In this document: positions 31,088 to 39,169 of the stretch, piece by piece | How positions within the stretch are numbered: position 1 is the stretch's first letter | How the letters are laid out: each line of letters begins with the position of its first letter | Assembly: GCA_016180645.1 (NCBI GenBank) | Contig: JACPAV010000024.1 | Span: forward strand, 1-64,000 | Direction of reading: 5' to 3' | DNA length: 64,000 nt | DNA from: Nitrospirota bacterium | GTDB taxonomy: Bacteria > JACPQY01 | Made by a program: the position numbers and the translations under genes | The notes under the pieces: generated by a model | The model's database searches: none | The model's input: the letters and a program-made list of their open reading frames with translations, nothing else | Told to the model about the DNA's origin: nothing

Positions 31088-32323
31088 CTACGCCTTGACC
31101 GCCGGTTTGGTCCCGATTAAGTAGGAGACGGATCCGCCGAGAACATCGACGCGACGGACGCGCGGGAAGCCGGCTTCGCGCATGAGGGCCACGATTTCGT
31201 TCAGCGTGGGCGTCTGCCCACCTTGATTGAAGAAGAGATCCATTGCGGCCTGAACGGCCGATCCGCGGGGAGTGAGCTTGTCGTCATTCAGAATCGGTTC
31301 CCACACCACCGCGCGTCCACCCGGCTTCAAGCTTTGGAAAGCCTTGCCCAGAAACTTCTTGCCAAATTCAGAGAGCGGTTTGAGCGAAAGTTTCCGCGTG
31401 AGAAAAACCATGTCGTAGCCCTCGCCGGTATCGTCCCAGGTGTCTTTCCACGGGTCCCCGGAGTGGCGGTGGAAGCTATCGACTCTCGACGTGGCGATGC
31501 CATGGTCTTTCATGATGTCCGGGATCTCATCGACGAGGTGCGGCAGACAGGCGAACACCACCTGCGCCTTTGGATTCGCTTCCAGGAGTGCGGCCGCAAA
31601 GCTGACTCCGGCGGAACCGACGATGAATCGGCGCACACCCGAGACATCCACTCTCTCCATGAACGCCCTGTGCGCGGATCGGAGCTGAGCATTGACGACG
31701 TGTATGTAACCCCGGCTCGTGGGATTCTTCCGGTCGAAAATGTCCATTGCCTTCGGGCTCTTCCCGGTCCTGAGAGTGTCCGCAAGGTCCATGAAGGAAG
31801 TCCAGGACTGGCTGAGAAGCGCGAGGACGGGAGCCAAGCTGTACGGCGAATGTCCAACCAGAAACGTGCGGGAGAATTCACTCAAGTCGTAGGTGCCTTT
31901 CCCATCCCTTTGGAGATATCCCATGGCGGTCAGGGCATTGAGAAACGGTTCGAGGGCTCGACGATTCAGTTTGAACTTCCGTGCCAGAGCCTCCACCGAC
32001 CCGCCTTCCGCCGGAAATCGCTCGAAAATCTTTGACCTGAAAGCCGTGATCAGGAGAACGGTGGATTGGACTCCGCCGATTTGTTGCCCGAAGCGACGGA
32101 GGGCGCGCATGTGGGGCATGTACGTGAACAGATCATCCGCCTGCATCGAGGCGAGCAGGCCCACGCTGCGCAACGCCTTTCTACCGGGATCGGGTAGGGG
32201 AAAACGGGCGATCTGCTCCGCTAGTCCCGCAATCTGGCCGGCCACGGTTTGTGAGCCACCATTCGTAAACGGCGGTTTGATTTTTCGGATTCGATCGAGG
32301 ACGTCGGCTGCTGGATGGGTCAT
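31088..32323 (-). CDS. O-methyltransferase (methyltransf_2)-like protein with dimerisation wHTH
   Basis: FLNALTAMGYL...Y.LSEFSRTFL; YDMVFL; SLKPGGR; motif I is atypical. Confidence 0.75.
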   Translation of the reverse strand: MTHPAADVLDRIRKIKPPFTNGGSQTVAGQIAGLAEQIARFPLPDPGRKALRSVGLLASMQADDLFTYMPHMRALRRFGQQIGGVQSTVLLITAFRSKIFERFPAEGGSVEALARKFKLNRRALEPFLNALTAMGYLQRDGKGTYDLSEFSRTFLVGHSPYSLAPVLALLSQSWTSFMDLADTLRTGKSPKAMDIFDRKNPTSRGYIHVVNAQLRSAHRAFMERVDVSGVRRFIVGSAGVSFAAALLEANPKAQVVFACLPHLVDEIPDIMKDHGIATSRVDSFHRHSGDPWKDTWDDTGEGYDMVFLTRKLSLKPLSEFGKKFLGKAFQSLKPGGRAVVWEPILNDDKLTPRGSAVQAAMDLFFNQGGQTPTLNEIVALMREAGFPRVRRVDVLGGSVSYLIGTKPAVKA

Positions 32324-32453
32324 GGGTGATTCCTCCCTTTGGCCGCTACCATAGCGAAGACGGGCATTGGCGACAAGCCGAATGCGCGGAGAGGGCAGGC
32401 CATCGGGTTCGCGTATCGCTCAAGGGTGACCTACGATGTCCGCAAAGATCCGC

Positions 32454-33230
32454 CTACAACCAGGAGATCTCCGGCTCCTTCCGGTCGGACGGCTGATCGT
32501 AAGCCGTTCCCTGCCAAGGATATCCGAGCGTGGACACCGAAGCGATCGTCCACCCGCGCGGCACGCGCAGCTTCTTCATCATATTGGGAGAATACTTGAT
32601 GAACTTGGCGAATCCAATCCAGCAGCTCCCGAGGCCCATGGCATGGGCGGCTAGGGCGAGGTTCTGTGTGGCGGCGGAACAGTCCTCCAGCCAAGTCTGG
32701 GCGCGTTTATTTCCCAGAATGAGGATGAGGACCGGCGCCTTGTGATACGTGTCGGCCGATTTCGATTCGCAGATTGAGCGCATCCCTTGGAGGATTCTTG
32801 GGTCCATCGTCTTGAAGAGTCCGGGATCGAAGATCCTGAAGAGAAGCTTGAGAAATCGCCACCTAAACTCTTTTCGCGTGAATGTTTTCAGGCAGAGGTC
32901 CATGCCCTTGAGGGTAACGGCCCGGATCTTGTCGATCATCTCCGTATCGCGGACGACGACAAACTTCCACGGTTGGGCGTTCATGCCGGACGGCGCCCAG
33001 TGGGCGAGATCGATGATCTTGCGGATAGTTTCTTCGGGAACGGGCGTTCTTTCGTAGAGGCGAACGCTCCGCCGGCTTCGGATGAGGCGCCCGATTTCCT
33101 CGACGGGGTAGGGGTGGAGTACTGCGGCGTCACCCTGAGCGGAGCGAAGGGTCTGTATGGGTGCGGTGTCGAGATTCTTCGCTTCGCTCAGAATGACCCC
33201 CGACGGTGAGACGACGCCCCTTTTCGTCAC
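32454..33230 (-). CDS. Nitroreductase-family flavoprotein
   Basis: RRSVRLY, APSGMNAQPW, AMGLGSCWIG; GTGA-coupled to the ferredoxin. Confidence 0.9.
   Translation of the reverse strand: MTKRGVVSPSGVILSEAKNLDTAPIQTLRSAQGDAAVLHPYPVEEIGRLIRSRRSVRLYERTPVPEETIRKIIDLAHWAPSGMNAQPWKFVVVRDTEMIDKIRAVTLKGMDLCLKTFTRKEFRWRFLKLLFRIFDPGLFKTMDPRILQGMRSICESKSADTYHKAPVLILILGNKRAQTWLEDCSAATQNLALAAHAMGLGSCWIGFAKFIKYSPNMMKKLRVPRGWTIASVSTLGYPWQGTAYDQPSDRKEPEISWL
33129..33197. repeat. Inverted REP-like pair (GTCATTCTGAGCGAAGCGAAG family), in frame
   Basis: gtcaccctgagcggagcgaagggtct ... agattcttcgcttcgctcagaatgac. Confidence 0.75.
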
Positions 33231-33544
33231 GCTCTGTCGGAAACGAGTTTTCGTTTCGCCTGAGACAACCCAGTGTACGGGGGGTAATTGTTCAGAGGGG
33301 CATATCCGATCGGCGGCGCGCCGGTGATGATGCGGTTCTGACCCCTGACCTCGATGGCGCCGGGCGAGCAACTCACCTTGCAATTGCGGCAGCCAATGCA
33401 GATGTTCGGAAGCCGCGCGACTTTCCGGTCGACGATCTTGAGGACGCCCATGGGGCAGGTGCGAGTACAGTTGGCGCACAAGTCGCACTTCGAGTGGTCA
33501 ATGATTACGTCGGGACTCTCAATTTGGCCATCGAGGATCAGCAT
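33227..33544 (-). CDS. 2[4Fe-4S] ferredoxin
   Basis: CDLCANCTRTCP and CIGCRNCKVSC. Confidence 0.9.
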   Translation of the reverse strand: MLILDGQIESPDVIIDHSKCDLCANCTRTCPMGVLKIVDRKVARLPNICIGCRNCKVSCSPGAIEVRGQNRIITGAPPIGYAPLNNYPPYTGLSQAKRKLVSDRA

Positions 33545-33547
33545 GGG

Positions 33548-35115
33548 TCAGGCCAACCTGTGCACGTTTGGACCCGACGGGCTGAACGTGGATTTCAGGA
33601 ACTCGTCCTTTGGCTTCTCCGACGGGGTCTTCGGAATCTCGGATAGGATTTGGACGTAGGTCGGGATGAAGTTTGTCGGGAGGGAAGCCCTGCATCTCTC
33701 TCGAATTGCGGTGGGGAGGAGGGTGCGGCCATCATGAGTGGAAACGGCTGCCACGAGATCGACTTCGCCTGGTGCGCCGGAAGCCGCCGGAACGCCATAG
33801 ACGTAAACCTCCGAAACCTCATCCAGCTCTCCGATGACTTTCTCAACGAAATCGGTCGGCACGAAATCGCCCTGCCGCCTAAGGCTTCGGCCCTTCCGAT
33901 GATCGAAAAACATCCAGCCGTTCTCGTCCGCGTGCCCGATGTCGCCGCTTCTCAGCCATCCTCCGCGGGTCTTGTCCTTCGAGGCTTCAGGATTGCGCAG
34001 GTAGTCCACCTGCGTCGGCCCGAGCTTCATCCGCGACACGATTTCGCCCTGCACGCCGGCCGGCACGTCGCGATCGTTGTCATCTACAATCCGGAAATCG
34101 ATGATGCCGGGGATGCGTTTCTTTCCGAAGGTTCCGTGCGGTCCTTCTCCAATCGGCCGGAACGTGAATCCCCCTTCCACGCTTGCGTACCATTCCAGAA
34201 TGTTCAAGTTGAATCGTTGTTCGAAATCCTCCCAGGCGAGAAGGAGGTGATGCCGTAGCGCCGGGTGACATCCCAGATGCGTTTCTTCGTGAATCTGCGG
34301 CTGATCACGGCGGGGATGCCGAGTTCGAGGGCGGGGTAGACGGTTACGCCCTGCGAGTTACCGTGGGAGAGTGAAAGGCCGGTGTAGAGGATGTCCGATC
34401 GGCGATATCCGAAGAAATGGCCGAGCATGGACATGAAGAAAAAGCGGACATTCGGTTGCACGACCCCTTTCGGATTCCCGGTGGTGCCGGAGGTGTAAAT
34501 GATCTGGAAGGGTGCCCACATATCTTTGGCGCGATCCTGGGGATCGAGACCCTTGGCGCTGTTCAGGATCGGTAGAACGGGTGGGAACCCCGTGGAGCCG
34601 GGCGGCCGTTCCGATTCGATGACGAAGGTATGCTTGATGGCCGGAACTTTGGGAAGAACTTCCTTGGCTTCCGAATCAAGGTTGTCGGCGAAGATGAGCA
34701 GTTTCGACTGGCTGTGATCGAGGATGTAGGTGAGCAGGTCGCCTCGATTTCGTGGGTCGATCGGGACGGCAACCGTGCCCGTGAGGGACGCGGCGGCGAA
34801 GGCGTACAGCATCTCCGGGTAGTTTTGTGAAAAGACGGCGAAGCGGTCGCCTGGCTTGAGACCGCGGGCGAGGAGTTCATGCGCCAAGGCGTGAGACCGC
34901 TGGTTCAGCTGACGCCGAGTGATGCGTTCTTCCGGGTGGTCCCCGTTTTCGAAGATGTACGCGATCGCATCGGGGGACTTGCGCGCTTCCATCTCGATCC
35001 GGTGGCCGAGGATCGCCGGGTTTAGAGGGGAGAGGGCCGCGCGGACACGTCCCGTCAGCATCCGCCGGACGACGGTGAGGGTGGCGAGGGTGTACACGTT
35101 TCCGAGGCGTGTCAC
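33548..35115 (-). pseudogene. CaiC-like acyl-CoA ligase, frameshifted with probable internal deletion near 34237
   Basis: YTSGTTGNPKG in one frame; WEDFEQRFNLNILEWYASVEGG...RSGD...PKTPSEK in another. Confidence 0.85.
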
Positions 35116-36326
35116 ACGCTGAGTATGTGCACGGCCATCGCGGCGGCTTCGTTCCCGAGCGCGCCTCCGCCGTTCTGGGTGAGGCCGACATTGGCGCCCG
35201 CGACCTGCCGATCGCCGGCCTCGCCTCTGAGTTGCCACACGACCTCCGAGATCTGGGCGATGCCCGTGGCGCCGACCGGATGGCCTTTGGAGCAGAGTCC
35301 TCCGCTTGTGTTCACCGGAATTCGCCCTCCGAGCGTTGTGGCTCCTTCATCCACGAGCCGGCCTCCTTCACCTTCAGCACATAGCCCGAGTTCTTCGTAG
35401 GCGAGAAGCTCGGCGGTGGAAGTGGCATCGTGAACCTCGGCGACGCTGATCTCCTTGGGGCCCAGGCCGGCGATTTCGTAAGCCTTCCGCGCGGCCCGTT
35501 CGACGATGCCCGGCTCTCCGAACGATCGATCTTTCCCCGAAACGAGCACCGAAGCACGAACGTGGATGGGCTTCGTGGTGAATCGCCTGGCCGTGGCTTC
35601 ATCGCAGACGATCGCGGCGGCGGCGCCGTCGCCGATGGGCGACGTCATCATCCGCGTGAGCGGCTCGACGACGGGAGGAGAGCCCATGACTTCATCGACA
35701 GTCACGCGCTCCCGGTACTGGGCGTGTGGGTTGAGGCTTCCGTGGTAATGGTTCTTCACCGCGATCTTCGCAAAGTGTTCTTTCTTTGTGCCGAATCGAT
35801 CCATGTGCATCCGGGCGACCATCGCGTAGAAGTCCATGAACAGGCTCCGCTGTGATCCCGCCTCACCGGGCGCGGGTTTGTCGGACGAGGCCTTCAGGGC
35901 TTCGGCGATTTGCGCCATCATTTCGACATCCACCGCGCTGCCCAGAGCGCGAAAGGATTTCTTCTTGTCCTCATCATAAAGCTTCTCCACCCCGAGGGCG
36001 AGGGCGACATCGATCATCCCCGAAGCCACGGCCATCCAGCCGAGGTGGAACGCCGTCGAAGAGCTGGCGCATGCGTTTTCGGCGTTGACGATGGGGATCG
36101 CCTCGATGCCGAGGGGTCTGAGGAGTACTTGGCCACGTATGCATTCTTGTCCGGACATGAGGCCGGCCATCGCGTTGCCGACGTAGGCGGCTTGGAGTGC
36201 GCCCTTGTCCATTCCGGCATTCTTGAGCGCACTCTCCACGGCCTCGCGGGCGAGGTCTTTCAGAGAACGGTCGGGAAATTTCCCGAAGTGAGTCATGCCG
36301 ACTCCGACGACCATCACTTTTCTCAT
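35112..36326 (-). CDS. SCP2/SCPx-type thiolase
   Basis: NACASS, EVHDA, SKGHPVGATG. Confidence 0.93.
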   Translation of the reverse strand: MRKVMVVGVGMTHFGKFPDRSLKDLAREAVESALKNAGMDKGALQAAYVGNAMAGLMSGQECIRGQVLLRPLGIEAIPIVNAENACASSSTAFHLGWMAVASGMIDVALALGVEKLYDEDKKKSFRALGSAVDVEMMAQIAEALKASSDKPAPGEAGSQRSLFMDFYAMVARMHMDRFGTKKEHFAKIAVKNHYHGSLNPHAQYRERVTVDEVMGSPPVVEPLTRMMTSPIGDGAAAAIVCDEATARRFTTKPIHVRASVLVSGKDRSFGEPGIVERAARKAYEIAGLGPKEISVAEVHDATSTAELLAYEELGLCAEGEGGRLVDEGATTLGGRIPVNTSGGLCSKGHPVGATGIAQISEVVWQLRGEAGDRQVAGANVGLTQNGGGALGNEAAAMAVHILSV

Positions 36327-37564
36327 GAATCCTCCCACGATTCGGCAATTCTCATTCGCTGGATTTGGTTGGTGCCTTCATAAATCTGAGTGAGCTTTAC
36401 GTCACGGAACGCCTTCTCGACTCCTGCCGCCGCTGTGACGCCGCTCTCCCCAAGGAGATCGATGACACGAGAACAGACCTCCATGGAGACGTCGCTGGCA
36501 AAGCATTTCGACATGGCCGACAAGGCCGGATCGGGCGGGAAAGTTGAGGCGGCCCTCCAGACGAGAGTCCGGGCGGCCTCGATCTTCATGGCGAGATCGG
36601 CCAGTTCGTACTTCAAACTGCGATCGGCCATGCCTCCCGACGTTCGCGCGATCGCCATGGCCTTCTCGAAGGCGAATCGCGCCGACCCGAGCGCAATTGC
36701 GCCCACGGCGGGGCGTGAGAGGTCCAAAGTCTGGTGATTCAGGCGCCATCCCTCGCCTTCGGCGCCTACGCGGTGATCCTCCGGAATGTGCACATCTTCC
36801 AAGATCAGCTCGGCCGCCGGACTGGCGCGCTGCCCCATCTTGTGTTCGACGCGGCCGATGGAAAACCCCTTGGAGTCGGTGGGGACGACGAATGCCGTCC
36901 ACGAGGAGATTCCCTTCTCTTTGTCGAGGGCGGCGAAGACCGTGACGTGCGTCGCCAGGTTCCCCCCCGAGATGAAACATTTGCATCCGTTCAAAACGTA
37001 CCCACCGTTCTCGCGACGGGCAAACGTCGACAGTTTCGCCTTGCGGCTGCCTTCGGTGTCCTCAACATCGGAGCCCGCGGACGGCTCGGTGATGGCGAAG
37101 GCGAAGAGGGCAGGCCGTTCCGTGCGCGACCGCTCCGCCACGAGCCGAAGGAATTTCTTGAGGATGCGTGGATCGAACGAGATGAACAACGGGAGCAGCC
37201 CGAGCGTATGTGCGCCGAACAGGACGCAGACGCCGGGACAGACCGCCGCGATCTCTTCCGTGAAAACGGCGGCCTTGAGGAGTCCGAAACGGAAGAAGTC
37301 GATCATGCTCAAATCGCCTCCGTACCGTTTCGGTACCAGCATCGTCAGCCAACCGGCGTGGCCGGCTTTTCGGATCAGTTCGAGTTGCAACGCGTCGGTG
37401 GGATGACGGTCCAGCTCTGGAACATGCGGCGCGATCTCCTTGTCCAGCCAGATTCGCAATTCGGTCCGGAACCGCTCCAATGCCTTCGGTGTTTTCAGGG
37501 GGTCGCGCAGCCCGGGTTTCGAGAAGAGTTTCTTCCCAAGCCAGTTGTAGAAGTCAGTTGCCAT
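36323..37564 (-). CDS. Acyl-CoA dehydrogenase (catalytic-type)
   Basis: AITEPSAGSD, NGCKCFIS, KMGQR, IYEGTNQIQR. Confidence 0.93.
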   Translation of the reverse strand: MATDFYNWLGKKLFSKPGLRDPLKTPKALERFRTELRIWLDKEIAPHVPELDRHPTDALQLELIRKAGHAGWLTMLVPKRYGGDLSMIDFFRFGLLKAAVFTEEIAAVCPGVCVLFGAHTLGLLPLFISFDPRILKKFLRLVAERSRTERPALFAFAITEPSAGSDVEDTEGSRKAKLSTFARRENGGYVLNGCKCFISGGNLATHVTVFAALDKEKGISSWTAFVVPTDSKGFSIGRVEHKMGQRASPAAELILEDVHIPEDHRVGAEGEGWRLNHQTLDLSRPAVGAIALGSARFAFEKAMAIARTSGGMADRSLKYELADLAMKIEAARTLVWRAASTFPPDPALSAMSKCFASDVSMEVCSRVIDLLGESGVTAAAGVEKAFRDVKLTQIYEGTNQIQRMRIAESWEDS

Positions 37565-38591
37565 GGTGGTCTTCGTCCAGCCGGGCCCCGGCCCGATCGA
37601 CCAGATTGCGGTTGGATCGGCCGATGATGCAGAGCGTCTTGGCGTCCCGCAGTCGTTTTTCCAGCCCATAGTCCTCCATGTAGCCGTATCCGCCGAGGAC
37701 TTGAATCGCCTCCGAGCAAATCTGTTCAGCCGATTGGGTGGCGAACGCCTTGGCGAGTCCGGCTTGGACCGGATCCCTCGATTCGATGGCCTTGTCGACC
37801 AAAGCGCGTGTGGCTGCATTCAGCATGGTCATCCGACCGAGCATCGTCCGAATGACCGGATGATCGATGATCAGACCGCATCCCTGGTATCGGCTCCGGG
37901 CGTAGTCCGTTGCTTCACGGATGGCCGATTCCGCATTGGAGGCGGCGACGGCGGCCAGCCAAGGGAGGGAAATCGCCTCGGTGGAGCGGGCAAGGGCGCG
38001 CGCCGACGAAATGTCGAGCGTCAGGATCGAACTCTTCTCCTGCCGGTCGTTCTCGGCCCCGAAATCTCCAAAGCGGCAGGCACGCAGCCCCAGCAATCCA
38101 TCCGTCGAATCCTGCGTGAGGAGGGGGAGCAGGCTGAAGGATCCGGTTGTTCCGCTCTCGGAGTAGTCCACCGCCTGGATCGACGCCGTGGAGCCGAAGG
38201 AGCGGTGCGGGACTCCCGGCGCCAATCCCGCGGAACTGCATGCTGTGAGCTCCGTCCTGTTAATGGATTGGCCCGATAGCCAGAAGGGGAGGCAGCCGGA
38301 GTAATGCGACCAGAGTGCCGCGGCGACCCCCGGACACGTTGCCGCGATTTCCCGAAGAATCGCGGCGATCAATCCCGGGCTCGAGGGATCCGCAGCGTCA
38401 AACGGAGGATCGAGGAGCCCGTTGGCGCCAAGTTGGGAGGATATCTCGCCCCACGCCCGCGCGGATTGATCCGAGTCGAATGCTCGCAATTGTGGAAGGA
38501 TCACGGACTGGGCCAGCCGGCGCGCTGTGGCCCCGACTTGGACGAGTAGATCAGCGGAATCGGGGAGTCGGGAAATCGGCGTGGCGCTCAC
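37554..38591 (-). CDS. Degenerate acyl-CoA dehydrogenase (probable partner subunit)
   Basis: YARSRYQ, AKAFAT, IQVLGGYGY, RDAK present; TEP and YEG motifs absent. Confidence 0.8.
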   Translation of the reverse strand: MSATPISRLPDSADLLVQVGATARRLAQSVILPQLRAFDSDQSARAWGEISSQLGANGLLDPPFDAADPSSPGLIAAILREIAATCPGVAAALWSHYSGCLPFWLSGQSINRTELTACSSAGLAPGVPHRSFGSTASIQAVDYSESGTTGSFSLLPLLTQDSTDGLLGLRACRFGDFGAENDRQEKSSILTLDISSARALARSTEAISLPWLAAVAASNAESAIREATDYARSRYQGCGLIIDHPVIRTMLGRMTMLNAATRALVDKAIESRDPVQAGLAKAFATQSAEQICSEAIQVLGGYGYMEDYGLEKRLRDAKTLCIIGRSNRNLVDRAGARLDEDHHGN

Positions 38592-39169
38592 GATTGCTCA
38601 CCTCCGAAGTGTCGTTCAATATCCGTCAGCACCGCGGAGACGATGGCACCCAGCACGCCGGATTCCAGCGTGGGAAACCGGTCGAGGAGGGCCCGGACGG
38701 GCCAGCCGAGATAGCGCACCTCGCCGCCGAGACCGAACGTGACGATCGAGGACCCGTGACCATCGGCCATGAGTCCCCAGTATCCACGGAACTTCTGCGA
38801 AGAGCCGTCCTTGAGTTCGAAGTCAATCCGACGTCCCGGATGCTCCATGACGTGCATGGTGAGGTCCACGCCGATCTTGATGAACGACACGTGCGCGCCG
38901 AACTTCATGCGGACTTCCGCGTGATGACCGTTCCGTTTGAGGAGCTTCTCGGCGGCGATGACGTGGAGGACGTCCGGGTGGCTTCCGTAGTCGGTGAGGA
39001 ACTTCCAGATCTCCTCGGAGTTCGCCTGGGCGGAAACCGCGCCGCCGGATGCCGGCTCGACGCCGAGCCGACTTTTCAGGACGACCGGCCCGTGCTTGAG
39101 GGCGTTTCGGAGCGCCTTCGCCGACAGGATCTTGTGAACCTCGATCATTGTGTTTTCGTCATGGACCAT
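38588..39169 (-). CDS. SRPBCC/START-fold lipid-binding protein
   Basis: IWKFLTDY...PGRRIDFEL.DG..QKFRGYW. Confidence 0.7.
   Translation of the reverse strand: MVHDENTMIEVHKILSAKALRNALKHGPVVLKSRLGVEPASGGAVSAQANSEEIWKFLTDYGSHPDVLHVIAAEKLLKRNGHHAEVRMKFGAHVSFIKIGVDLTMHVMEHPGRRIDFELKDGSSQKFRGYWGLMADGHGSSIVTFGLGGEVRYLGWPVRALLDRFPTLESGVLGAIVSAVLTDIERHFGGEQS

Noticed and set aside
35112-36326. Ltp2-type steroid aldolase
   Set aside because: It retains the thiolase Cys, HDA and GHP motifs, and no DUF35 partner is present.
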